The notes under the pieces are model-generated. The model made no database searches. It was not told the DNA's origin and saw only the letters and a program-made list of their open reading frames with translations. 45,980 nucleotides of DNA from Jimgerdemannia flammicorona (Eukaryota), in the NCBI GenBank assembly GCA_003990765.1, contig RBNJ01000055.1, positions 1-45,980 of the forward strand. Reading direction: 5' to 3'. The translations under genes were made by a program, and so were the position numbers. Of this stretch, positions 1-11,740 are shown one piece after another (within the stretch, counting starts at the first letter, position 1; each line of letters begins with the position of its first letter).

Positions 1-72
<72 letters not shown>
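1..72 (+). repeat. Poly-A run at window start, probably a sequencing/assembly artefact
   Basis: 72 consecutive A directly abutting the middle of a protease-coding region. Confidence 0.7.
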
Positions 73-77
<5 letters not shown>

Positions 78-2629
78 AAGGCAATTGACTGCCTAGACTG
101 GGATATTGAAGAGTACACAAGATGGTCTATGTTACAGCAGATAGTACATGAGCTACCCCCTTTGGCAAAATCCAAAAAGTCCCCAATTAAGATAGGAGGA
201 GCTACTATTCTAGTAGATGTGATTGTTACAAGTGCCACTAACTATGATATCCTTATTAACAACTAATGGCTTTACAAGATCAAGGCCATCATTGACCTCA
301 ATACCCAGAAGATGCAGATCAACTATAGAGGAAGAAAGGTATGAGTCTCTATCAATGTCTATAAAGGAGTTCTATCAGACAAAGAGAAAGGAGATAAAGA
401 GGACACAGAAGTCTTCATACACTTAGTGAATAAGAATAAGAATAAGACACCCAAGCTCACAGATGACCAGTGGTACAACAAGATCATTGATGGCTATGCC
501 CTATAAGGAAGATACCCCCATAGTACTAGGATGTACTGCTCTGAACACCTAAATAACTACTGGTCCTATATTAGTGAAGTCAGGAAAATCTGCCAACAGA
601 AGCATGAGCAAGGAGCTGCTGAAGTAAAAAGGAAAGCCAAAGAAGATGACCAGCCCCCAGAGCTTCAAGTTGACAGTGATGATAAGGAGGAATAAGAACC
701 AGACATCACCCTCAAGGTCAAGAAGTTTTACCCCAAAGCCAAGATCTCAGAATATAAGACTGAAGGAGCTATAGGAATAGACCTTGCCAGTATTCAAGAT
801 ACTATCCTTGAACTACAGACCACTACTCTACTTGGCACCAGAATTGGAGTCAAGTTGCTAGAGAATTATCAAGATCAGGAGCAGTCTGGCCAAAAGCAAA
901 ATCTCAGTTGAAGGAGGAGTAATTAACCCTGATTACACTGGCAAGATCTTTCTCATAGTCAGGAATCACAACTCCACCACCCCATTCAAAGTTAAGAAGC
1001 ATGACAGGATTGGTCAGATGCAGATCCATGAAATCAAGAAGCCTAAGATCATCAAAGCCATCAAACTCATCAAGACCAAGAGAGGAGAACAAGGCTTTAA
1101 ATCTACTGGAAAGGAGCCTATGCTGCCACTAAGATTACTGAACTTGAGCATAAGAAAGACAAGGACCAGAACAAACACACATATACTATTGGAGAAACTT
1201 TTCTCTAGAAGAACAACTTCTCAAGATTCTGCACCAGAACGAAGGAGTACTTGCTATAGACTTCAGAGATATCTACAATCAAGAACCCAAGTACTACCAT
1301 AAAGTTGACACTAGTGATACCAAGCCCATCTACTAGAAAGCCAGACCTATACCACCTGTCTACAGAGAATGGCTGCAAGCAGAACTCAAGAAAATGGAAG
1401 AAGCCAGAATTATCAAGCAAGCTATCAGTCTCTGGGCTTTATCTATTGTCCTTGCTCCAAAGAAAGGAAGCAAGTCTGGAGAGTTTGCCCCAAGACTCTA
1501 TATTGACTACAGGAAGCTCAATACAATCACTAAGAAGGATAGGCAGCCCTTACCAAATATTCAAGAAATTCTTACCACTCTTGAAAGTGAAGCCAAATAC
1601 TATCCTACTTCAGATCTGTTCTCAGGCTTCTATCAGATTGGTCTCACTCAAGATACCAGTGAGAAATCAGTCTTCATCACACCCGATGTCACCTATATCT
1701 ATCTGTAAATACCATTTGGAATATACAATGCCCTGGCAAGTTTTTAGCAAATGATGAACAGAGTCTTCAGCAATGAAATTGGAAAATGGCTCTTTGTCTA
1801 TATTAATGATGTGATCATCTTCAGCAACACTGTATAGGAACATGTCAACTATATATAGCTAGCTCTCAAGAAGCTCAAGAAGTATGGCCTCTACATTAAG
1901 CCCAAGAAGTGTAAGTTTACAGCTCAGGAAATCACCTATCTAGGATATCTTATCAATCAGACCAGAATCCACACAGACTCCATAAAGATTGAGGCTATTA
2001 CAGCCTATCCAAGACCCAGAACAACTACAGAAGTCTATGTCTTCCTTGGACTGGCCTCCTACTATAGAAGATTCATCAAAGAATACTTTAACATTGCAGC
2101 ACCTATCTATGAGCTACTGAAGAAAGAGATCAAATTCAAATAGACCAAGGAATGCCAAGAAACCTTCAATGAACTTAAGACCAGATTGACCCAAGCACCC
2201 ATCTTCAGAAGATCAGATTGGAATCTAGAGTTTATTCTGTAGACAGATGCAAGTGCTATAGGACTTGGAGCAGTCCTAGCTCAGAAGAAAAATGGATATG
2301 AATATGTTATCTCCTATATAAGCTGAGGTACCTATAGAGCAGAACAGAATTATGAGTCATACAAGCTTGAATGCTTAGCAGTAGTTTGGACAGTAGACAA
2401 GTTCCACTACTATCTAGCTGGGAAATACTTCACTATTCAAACAGACTATTCTGCTCTAGCCTGGCTATTCTACACTCTGAACTCTAAAGGAATATATACC
2501 AGATAGATCTAAAGGCTGCAAGAGTATGATTGTACTGTCAAGCACTGCCTAGGAAGAACCAATGCCAATACTGATGCACTCTCAAGGACACTTCAAAACA
2601 CTCCCATCAAGTCTATTCAACATGAATAA
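73..2629 (+). pseudogene. pol: Degenerate pol of element A (PR-Cys/His-dUTPase-RT-RNaseH), ending at TAA 2627-2629
   Basis: PIKIGGATILVDVIV, RGEQGFKSTG, YINDVII, TDASAIGLGAVLAQ, TDYSAL, NANTDALSR; many TGG>TAG/TGA and CAA>TAA stops. Confidence 0.9.
712..1110 (+). pseudogene. dut: dUTPase domain of element A (degenerate, with internal frameshift)
   Basis: KVKKFYPKAKISEYKTEGAIGIDLA, RSSLA, EGGVINPDYTGKI, DRIGQM, RGEQGFKSTG. Confidence 0.85.
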
Positions 2630-3818
2630 GGAGTTATTCTATAGATTAATCAGCTATCTTAGACAGTGGAAGATGCTCAACCACCTTGAACTTTGAACAA
2701 TCACCATTATCAACTAGACTTAGAAACAGTTTGAACTAGACAATACTATACTCAGAAAAGAAGGAAAGCTTATAATACCTGAATATAAGAAGTATCAAAT
2801 AATGAAGGAAGTATACAAACAAGGATACCTAGAAGGAACCAATATATATGATAAGGCAAGAAGAATTATATGATGGCCCAAGATGAAAGAAGACCTGTGC
2901 CAATTTGTCAAAGGGTATGATAAGTGCCAAAAACAGAAATAAGATCAGTAAGACCAGGCATCCAGGTCATTAAGAATTGAGCCTATCCCCTTCCACCATA
3001 TTACAATAGATATCATTATGCCACTATCAGTAATACTATTAGGAAACTATTATATTATAGTTATTGTAGACCTCTTTAACAAATAGATAGAAGCAGGAGT
3101 ATTATAAGAAGTCAATGCCCTCTCTATAGCTGACTTCCTGTACCAAGAAATCATCTACCACTACAAGATACCAAAGCAAATCACCACAGACCATGGTACA
3201 GAATTTATCAATAGATTCTATCAGATAATGTATCAGAAATACAGGATTCAGCACATCAAGACCACTGTGTACCACCCTCAAAGAAATGGACAGACAGAGA
3301 GAATCAACAAGACTCTCAAGAACATCCTGGTGAAGATCTCAGATATATATGAGAATTGGGATAACTACCTTCCAACTGTCCTCTCTATCTTATGAGATAT
3401 ATGGTCACAGAGTACACACTTTATCCCAAAAGAACTGCTCTTCAGAGAAGAAGATTCTGATGGAATCTCAGCCACAAATCTAGACCTAACTTGGAGACAG
3501 ATTGACTCAAAAATCTGGAGATTACACCAAATCAGGCAGAAGGCTGAAGATTACATCATTAAGTCACAAGCACTGATGAGAAAGAATATAGAAAAGAATT
3601 ACAAGATCCTAGAACCCATCCAAATTGGAGAAAAGGTCCTACTGTATCGAAATATAGTAGAAGCCTCATGGTTATAAAAACTGGAGCCTAAATAAGAAGA
3701 ACCCTTCTATGTGCAAAATATCAAGAGAACTACCTTCTAGCTTAAAAAACTCACAGGGACTATACTGCCTATTATAGTACACAGGAACAGACTCAAGAAG
3801 TACTATAAACCTATATAA
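2622..3818 (+). pseudogene. Integrase of element A as a separate ORF (399 codons, no net frameshift, several nonsense mutations)
   Basis: ATG at 2622 overlaps pol stop; HHCC-like region, TDHGTEF, HPQRNGQTERINKTLK, GPF/Y-like C-terminus. Confidence 0.85.
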
Positions 3819-4172
3819 GAGAAGCAAAACATGATGACTACCTATGAGGTTCTAGTCTGTGAATCATAACAGCATGTCCTGTGACCAGCAGGCAATCTGT
3901 CTGGACCATTCTCTAAGTGATATAGTACCAGCAACTACTCATCTGTAAGACTTTTGAAGCAAGAGGAGTTCAAACTATCAACTGATTGATCAAGATCAGA
4001 ATTAGGCCCTTGCTCTATATGAAGGGAACAATTCTTCACCATCATACCAAAATACATAGAGAAGACACTAGCCCATAAATACAACTTTTTGATCCCCTGC
4101 CAGAGGTTATGGAATTAGCAAATTTTTCAAGACTAGACCAATGAATAAGGATGTTCAAGAAGATCCTTATTC

Positions 4173-4182
4173 AGGAGGAAGA
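4173..4182 (+). other. Polypurine tract of element A
   Basis: TATTCAGGAGGAAGA|TGTAATGG matches the element B junction TATTCAGGAGGAAGT|TGTGATGG. Confidence 0.8.
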
Positions 4183-4439
4183 TGTAATGGTGATCTCAGA
4201 ATGATGACATTAGTATAAGAGACAGCAATTTCTTGCAAGCCACCAGATCAGAGTATAAGAAGATCATATAGCATGACTCACTCAGGTTATAAGATGAGCA
4301 ATGATGACCAACTATGAGTCATTGGAACCACAATACAGATATCTCAAGGAATATAAAAGAAGGATCAAAGAACTGCAGTAGCAGCAACTCAACAAGACCC
4401 ACTAATCCTGAAATAGCTCAAAGACTTATTATAAACAAA

Positions 4440-5327
4440 ATGTCTGCTGCTCACCAAACCTCAAGATCAAGAAACCACTAAGGCCCCTCAGTCTAGAAAA
4501 GGATGTTCCAAGATATCCAAAGAGCTATAAGGACCTACACTACAAGGACTCCTAGTGTCAACCTGGGTACTAGTGACCCTTATCATTATATCCTCTATTA
4601 CTATGAGATGGAAACAAGAATCACCATTGCTACTGAATGCCCTCAGATGTGGTAAGAATACAAAATAGGAAATCTCCTCTGCTGGGAATTCTCTCAAGCC
4701 AGCCCTCAAGAGCTACAAGATGTCACTTCTATAGATATATGTGAAATAAGGACAGCTAAGAAGATTTATCAGATCTTCAGGCATGCATTATGGTTGATCC
4801 CCAACTTGGAGTATATTAGAGTCTCAGACTTTAGAGATCTGTCAGCCCATCATATCAATGCACTAGAAGTCATAGTAGTAATAGAGGTCCAGTCCACTAT
4901 CACCCTCAATAGTGATGAGATAGAAGAGTTTCTGTATCCCATCCTCCAGGATAATCCAGATCAGTTTCTGCAAGGATTGATCTCAGTATTCCTAGATCTA
5001 AGTATCTAGGTTAGACCTTTCCAAGACCCCACATTTATCCCTTATTTTGTGGAAGAGAATCTTATAGACTGGAGAGCTCCAGATCTCCTCACTCTCCCTG
5101 CTACCACTGAATGTGATGATGTCATCAGTAATGATATCATCCCATGCAACATATGCAAAATGTATGATAAAACATTCATAGACCTCATCTCCTTTAAGGA
5201 CAGCAACAAAGATAAAGCCCCCATGGTTCTGAACTTTCTGCTCTAAGATCTTGATTATACTGAGTTCTTCCAGCATCCTTTTTCCATAAAACAGCTATTA
5301 CTCTACTTTCATTCTGATCTTATGTGA
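4440..5327 (+). pseudogene. ~295-codon degenerate ORF inside putative LTR A (U3); homologous to accessory ORF of element B
   Basis: Single frame from ATG 4440 through ORF-track segments 4794-5009 and 5049-5246 to TGA 5325-5327; stops are transition-type; frame conserved in the inverted copy. Confidence 0.65.
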
Positions 5328-5332
5328 CTCAG

Positions 5333-5414
5333 AATTATTCCAGCACCCTTTTTCTATATCACCAAAATTATTCCAACACCCTTTTCCTATATCACCAAAA
5401 TTATACCAACATCC
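5333..5414 (+). repeat. 33-bp tandem repeat (~2.5 copies) in putative U3 upstream of the TATA box
   Basis: AATTATTCCAGCACCCTTTTTCTATATCACCAA repeated. Confidence 0.8.
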
Positions 5415-5679
5415 TGAATCTATGCAACCATCTGTACTGATACTGGAACTTGGTAGTTTTCTGTGTTCCAGTATTTTATTTGGTTATTGGAATTTATATT
5501 TAGCTTTATATCTTAGCAACCATTGAATTATATTTTGTATAAATATCTCTCTTATTTTCTTTAAAATAAAGTCAGTCAAGTTTACTTACAGACAATTTCT
5601 TGTAAGCAATCTTAAGAGATAATAAGATAGTTTAAAATATAAGAAGTTTGAGCTTTTCTCCACTACCTTACTGGTCACA

Positions 5680-6804
5680 ATGGTTTGGTAGGCAACCTTC
5701 TGAGTCCACTTTCCACAATTATTACCCTCTCTACCTCAGGTTGGTTTGCTATATCTATTACAGGGCAGTGGAAGGGAGATAATAGTGCTTTTATTAGTGT
5801 CAGATTGGTGTCTTCTCCACTTTTTCATAGTTTCTGGTATCTTTGGCTATATCTAGAGTATATCTATTTTAGTGTGGTGCCTTCTTTCTTTTGCTGTCAC
5901 CAATAAGGTACTGTCTTCAGTATATCATGGGTTATATAGGGAGTCAGTCAACCTTAGGTGTCAAGTACTCAGTATAGGTTACCTGCAGGTCCTCAGTATC
6001 TGTGGTGGGGCCCTCTGGCTTTGGTGAGCTTCTCAGTAAGTATGGTTCTGGTATAGGTGACTGCTTTCAGGTGTTGTCAGAATGGGAGGGGAGATGGCCA
6101 TCACAGATAGGAGAAAGGGCAATAATGATGAACTAGTAGGGTGCCAGACTAGAGGTGGTCATCAAGACTGGGGCAAGTGCTGCTTTAGTGGGACCTTTTG
6201 ATTGGTGTAGAGCAGTTAGATAGTAGGTGTCACTCTCAGCTTCTTTTGGCAATTTGGCAGATTGGGCCCCAGTCATTGGGGGGGGTTGAGAGACTCAAGG
6301 CTACTCATTTCAGATGTCTTGGCTATACTCAACTGGAACTAGGAGCTGAAATGGCAATGTGATTGAGGCCTACAGGCTTGAGTAGTGGGGTATTGGAGGT
6401 CTCCTCCCATCTCATATGTAAGTCCTTTACTCATCTTGACTAGGAGAACCAGGCCCTACCCACTGTGATATACTTTGATAAGAGTTTTTCTTTACCTATC
6501 ATTCTCTTTGGGGTAATAGGGACCATTCTATTCAACTTGGGTATGGTTTATATATATATTGGGGTCTCAGGTATGTACTTTTGATCATTAGCATATGGCT
6601 GAGTTCTCCCTGGTGGTAGAGAGAGTATGGTATATAGAATGAGATATAGGCCAATATAGGCCCTACTGCATCTAGTATGGTTGAGCTGCTGGATAATAAC
6701 TAGCCTAGATTAATGGGGGGCAGTGCTTGATGGGTAGTGGGGGAGAGTTTTGGCCTATATAGTCTAGGTTCTCTTCCAATAAAAATCTGCAGGACATTGA
6801 GTCC

Positions 6805-6807
<3 letters not shown>
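5680..6807 (-). mobile_element. Possible degenerate non-LTR (LINE-like) retrotransposon C-terminal fragment
   Basis: Minus-strand translation near 6200-6280 gives PICQIAKRS*E*HLLSNC, resembling the LINE ORF2 CCHC/zf-RVT motif; many stops. Confidence 0.3.

Positions 6808-6836
<29 letters not shown>
6808..6836 (+). repeat. Poly-A run (29 nt) at a junction between two different elements
   Basis: Direct observation; may be a tail or an assembly artefact. Confidence 0.7.
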
Positions 6837-6838
<2 letters not shown>

Positions 6839-7182
6839 AATTTGAGAACTATAAGATCTTGGAAAGGTACTCTAATAAGAACTTACTTATAACAAACTTG
6901 AGTTAGTCTAAGAGATACACCTTGAAGAGAATCTGATATATTTGAAGGACTCAGTAACTACTATATGATAATATATAATATTTAAACTAAAATTTATAAT
7001 ATAATATATTATTATATTTAATAGTTTATAAAAAACTATATCTTTAAAAAATATTATATATTTTTTATTAAGTCAAATTTCATAAAATCTTAATTACTTT
7101 TAATTATATATAATGTGATGAGAAAATATTATAGTATAGTAGGATTATATATAAATATCTAATATAGTTATTCTAAATAAAT

Positions 7183-8122
7183 ATAGGATGACACTATTAC
7201 TGATGATGTCATTACATTCAGTAGTAGCAGGAGCTCTCCAATCTATGATATTCTCTTCTACAAAATAAGGAATAAATATAGAGTCTTGAGGAGGTCTAAC
7301 CTAGATACTGGGGCCTTGGAATACTGAGAACAATTCTTATATGAATTGATCTGGATTGTCCTGGAGGATGAGATACCAGAACTCTTCTATTTTATCACTA
7401 TTGAGAGTAATAGTAGACTGGACTTCTGTGGCCACTATGGCCTCCAGTATATTGATACAGTGGGCTGATAGTTTCTTGAAGTCTGAGATCCTAGTATACT
7501 CTAAGTTAGGAATTAACTACAGTATATGTCTGAAGACCTGATGAATCTTCTTAGCTGTCCTTATTTCATATATATCTATGGAGATGATATCTTGAATCTC
7601 TTGGGGACTGGCCTGAGGGAACTCCCGGCAGAAGAGGTTTCCTATTTTATACTCCTGCTACATCTAGAGATATTCAGTAGCAATGATAATCCTTATTTCT
7701 ATTTTATAATGATAGAGAATATAATGATAAGGGTCACCAGTATTCAGGTTAAGACCAGGAGTCCTTCTTGTGTAGATCCTCATGACTCTTCTGATGTCTT
7801 AGAATATCCTTTTCTAGACTGAGGGGCCTTGGTAGTTCCTGAACCTTAAGGTTTGGTAAGTGGTAGGCATTTGTTTGTGGTAAATCTTTTGAACTATTTC
7901 TGTGAGCTTTTTTTAGATTGCTACTACTGTAGTTTCTTGATCCTTCTTTTATATTTCTCAAGATATTTGTCTTGTGGTCATAATGACTCATAGTTGGTCA
8001 TCATTACTCATCTTGTAGTCTGGATGAGTCATGCCATATGATCTTTTTATACTCTGATCTGATGGCTTGTAAGAAAAGGCTGTTTTCTGTAATAATATCA
8101 TTATTCTGAGATCATCATTATA
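7183..8122 (-). repeat. Inverted, diverged partial copy of LTR A (solo/5' LTR start) including the U3 ORF (7870 to ~7183)
   Basis: Reverse complement aligns with 4183-~5145; begins at the LTR-A first base; carries an 18-bp in-frame deletion. Confidence 0.9.
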
Positions 8123-8299
8123 ATATCTAGATCTATATAAAACTATTTGCTATTTTCAAACTATCCTAGAGCTCTCAAAATTATACCCAGATATACCTCT
8201 AGTTTCTGTATAATCCTATCTAAATAAAATACAAATATTTTATATATGTATATTTTATAATTACAGATATTATAATTATATAAAATAATTATTATCAAG

Positions 8300-9115
8300 A
8301 ATATAGGATGAAGACTATAGAATACAAGATAATAGTAATAATAACTTCACCTATAAGATAATAATAAACTACAAAATAATAATAATAGACTGAAAATAAT
8401 AATAGACTATAAGACAAAGATATTATAAGATAATAGAGTATGAGATAATAAATAGTAAGATAATAGACAGCAAGATAATAGATAGCAAGATGATAGATAG
8501 TGAGATAATAGATACCAAGATAATAGAAGAGCAACTAGATGATATAAAACTAATAAATGTATCTTATTAGATACTAAAATATAAGAGTTATTATAGGAAG
8601 CTAGAATATAGTAGGTTGTTCAAAAATGAGAAATCAGAATATAGTAGATCATTAGAATATAGTAAGTTATCAGAATACAGTGAGTTGTTAAAAGATAGGA
8701 AACTGGAATATAGTAGTTTGTCAGAAGAGAGAAAGTTGAAATATAGTAAGTTATTAAAAGGAGAAGTTAGAATATAGTAGATCATCAGAAGACAAAAAGC
8801 TGGAATATGATAGATTATCAGAATATAGTAGGTCATCAAAATATAGTAAAATGGAAATATAATAAGTCATGAAGTCAGAATATAGTAAGTTATCAGAAGA
8901 CAGAAAGCTGAAATATGATAGATTATTAGAATATAATGAGTTATTAAAATATAGTAAGATGGGAATATAATAAGTCATAAAGTCAGAATATAGTAAGTTA
9001 TCAGAAAACAGAAAGCCTGAATACAGTAGATATAGTAAGTCATCAGAGTATAGTAAGTCTTCAGAATATAGTAGATTTTCAGAATATAGTAGATTGTTGG
9101 AAAATAGTAGATCTT
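8300..9115. repeat. Degenerate AT-rich minisatellites (15-bp TAATAGATAGTAAGA-like, then 18-bp GAATATAGTAAGTTATCA-like units)
   Basis: Visible periodicity; explains the YYL- and LLYS-rich spurious ORFs. Confidence 0.8.
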
Positions 9116-9218
9116 TAGTTAGTGGTATAGAGACCTATTAATATAGAGTATAGTGGTAGTATCAGAGAGAGAGATAGCATCATTTAGTAAGTTATAAAGA
9201 TATTTATCAACTAGATAT

Positions 9219-9702
9219 TGTGACAGTTGATCCAAATTAGTAACATGAAACAGGGAAATTAGACATTTGATCACAGTATCTGAACCCAATTCCCGATATA
9301 GTATAGCCTTATAAATAGCAGTCATATTTCACAAGTGTAGAAACTTTAGCAACTGTAGAAATTCTACAGATGTAAAATATTTTACAATTGTAAAGATCTC
9401 AACAGATATAGAGGATTTACACTTATAGAAATTGACTCACAGGAAATGTAGTTATAATTTAGCCACCTTATAGCTAGCAAAACTGTATAAATAACCCAGT
9501 ATCTTCAAGTAAATAAACCTCAGATCGAAATAGTTCAAAAGCAAAGAGATAGCAAAGGAACTAGTAAGCCTGCAGGCAGATACACTTCGAACTCACCACC
9601 CTCCCCTGCAACTTCAAGAGACTCTGCAAGAGTCAGAACAGTCAAGTTTTTAAGATACAGAAATCTGACATACTTTCAAGAGTAAGTGTCTACTACATTA
9701 CA
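9219..9702 (+). repeat. 5' LTR of element B (484 bp)
   Basis: TGTGACAG...CATTACA; ~93% identical to 15353-15835 by manual comparison. Confidence 0.97.
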
Positions 9703-9705
9703 ACT

Positions 9706-9722
9706 TGGTGCCCATTGGCTGG
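9706..9722 (+). other. Candidate primer-binding site TGGTGCCCATTGGCTGG
   Basis: TGG 3 nt after the LTR end (complement of tRNA CCA); cognate tRNA not identified. Confidence 0.6.
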
Positions 9723-11740
9723 TGATTCAAGACGAATCCCTCTTTATTGATGATTTAGAGCAGTATGCCACTGTAAGGACCCTGACAGCAGCACAGCAAG
9801 TAGCCCTCATGCCCTTCAGCCTACAAGGCCCTGCCAGAGCAGCATTCACAGCCGCAACCCATATAGGAAATGATGCCGATGCTATACTGACAGCATAGAA
9901 GACCTGGCTCCAAAATACATATTACACAGACGAGATCAAGCAAGCCCTAAAGGATCAGCTCAATACAACATGCCAAGGAATGAGCAAGAATCCAAATACA
10001 TTCTATACTAGAATTCGATATCAGATAATCCTTGCAGATTATACTGCTGCAATCCGAGATCAAGTAGCTGAAGCAACCTTCATGAAAGGAGTCCATCCAG
10101 AAATAGCCATGGCCATCTGCTCATTACCAGTAATTCTGGATCTGCCACAGAAGGTCACCTATGCTCAGCGATACTGGATAGCCAGACACCCACAAGACCA
10201 TATGATGGAGAGAGTTACAGGAGTCAGAATTGAGGCACCTAAGCCAACCAGCATTATCTCCACCACAATGATCAATCGAAACACACCTCAGCCCAAAGCT
10301 ACAGAGCAGCAGAAGAACAGCGACCCTATGGAGGAACTTGCAAAAAGGTTTGCTGAAATGACTGCCCACCTGGGAGACATGGTAAAAGAAATTCAAGGAA
10401 GAGACCACCGCTCTGTCCAGAAGTTTGCCGCCACCTCAGACAAGAAGAAAGGTACCTGCTATACTTGTGGAGAAGAAGGCCACTACTCCTATGAATGTAT
10501 GAGCGAAACCAAGCACAAGGCTCAACTAAGCAATGCCACATGAAACAAGGAGCAGACCAATACAATTACCTTCAAGGAGATTGGAGATTCTGAAGAAGAA
10601 GAATGGGAGGCCTATCCTGCCCAGACCACTAAGAAGGATGCTCGCATAGAACCCTACAAGAGACCACCAGGAAGACCCAAGAACCTGGTGGAAAAGCAGA
10701 TGGAAACTGCCACAGAAAGCCAAGCCAAAGAGATGGACCAAGATACAGAGCTGGAGCAAGCAGTTCAAGATATCATCCGAGGAACCACTCCAGCCAGTGA
10801 AGGAGAAAAAGAAAAGAAGCTTCGCAAGACCAAGACCTTCAAGTATGATATCTTCAAGGACCTCAGTCAACAAAAAGTCAATGCAACCTTTGGACAGCTC
10901 GCAGAAATCCCAACATTCAGACAGCAAATGAGATTTGGACTTGCCGAAACAACAAAGGAACAAGGATGGAAGATAACTGAGGCCAATAATGCTCAAGAGG
11001 ACTCAGGAGAAGAAAGTGAGGACAATCACAAAACTTCTGCCTATGCAACATGCCAAATTGAAGATAGAATCTTTGAAGCCATCATTGATACAGGAGCAGG
11101 AGGATGTCTCCTCAGCAAGAAGGCAGCAGACTGCCTAGGTTGGGATGTAGAAGAAGCAACTAAGCTGGTATTCGTCACAGCTGATGGCACAAGAGCCACA
11201 CCCCTGAGAAAGATCCGAGATGTTCCCATCAAGATTGGAGGAGCAACCATCCCAATAGATGTAATTGTAACCAACACCACCAACTATGACATCCTCATTG
11301 GCAATCAATGGCTTCACAAAGCCAAGGCAGTAATTGATCTCAACACCCAGAAGATGCAGATCACCTACCAGGGACAGAAGATACGAATTCCCATCAATGT
11401 CAACAAAGGAGTCCTGCCCGACATAGAGGAAGAAGAGAGTGAGCAAGAGGAAGCTTATATGGTGACTACTCCAAAGAAGAAGAAAGTCGGATAGATGAGT
11501 GAAGAAGAATGGTGCAAGAAGATCGCAGAAGGCTATGCACCACAAGGAGTCTGTCCTCACAGGATCAAGATGTACTGCATGGAGCATGTCAATGACTGCT
11601 ACCAGTGCACCATCAGAATCAGGAAGATCCACCAGGAAAGAAGGCAGAAAGCTCTCGAAAAACAGACCAAAGAAGAAGAGAAGGAGGAAGATGATGAACC
11701 ACCAGCCCTCCTGGAGAATAGTGATGATGAAGAAGAAATC

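Larger units (their letters stand above)
73..5679 (+). mobile_element. Ty3/Gypsy LTR retrotransposon, copy A (5'-truncated, heavily C>T/G>A mutated), dUTPase-containing
   Basis: Colinear with element B: protease tail, Cys/His module, dUTPase, RT (LAPKKGSKSGEFAPRLYIDYRKLN), RNaseH, integrase, PPT, then TG-starting LTR. Right end inferred. Confidence 0.9.
4183..5679 (+). repeat. Putative long (~1.5 kb) 3' LTR of element A
   Basis: Starts TGTAATGG right after the PPT; an independent inverted copy begins at the same base (8122); TATAAATA 5538, AATAAA 5565; candidate end ...GGTCACA at 5679 where composition changes. End is uncertain. Confidence 0.6.

Noticed and set aside
8295-8978. Hydrophobic Tyr/Leu-rich ORFs as membrane proteins
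   Set aside because: Translation of AT-rich minisatellites
10541-11494. In-frame stops after gag (TGA 10541) and after protease (TAG 11492) as programmed readthrough or ORF ends
   Set aside because: Single-transition products like other stops; element A has no stop at the equivalent of 11492
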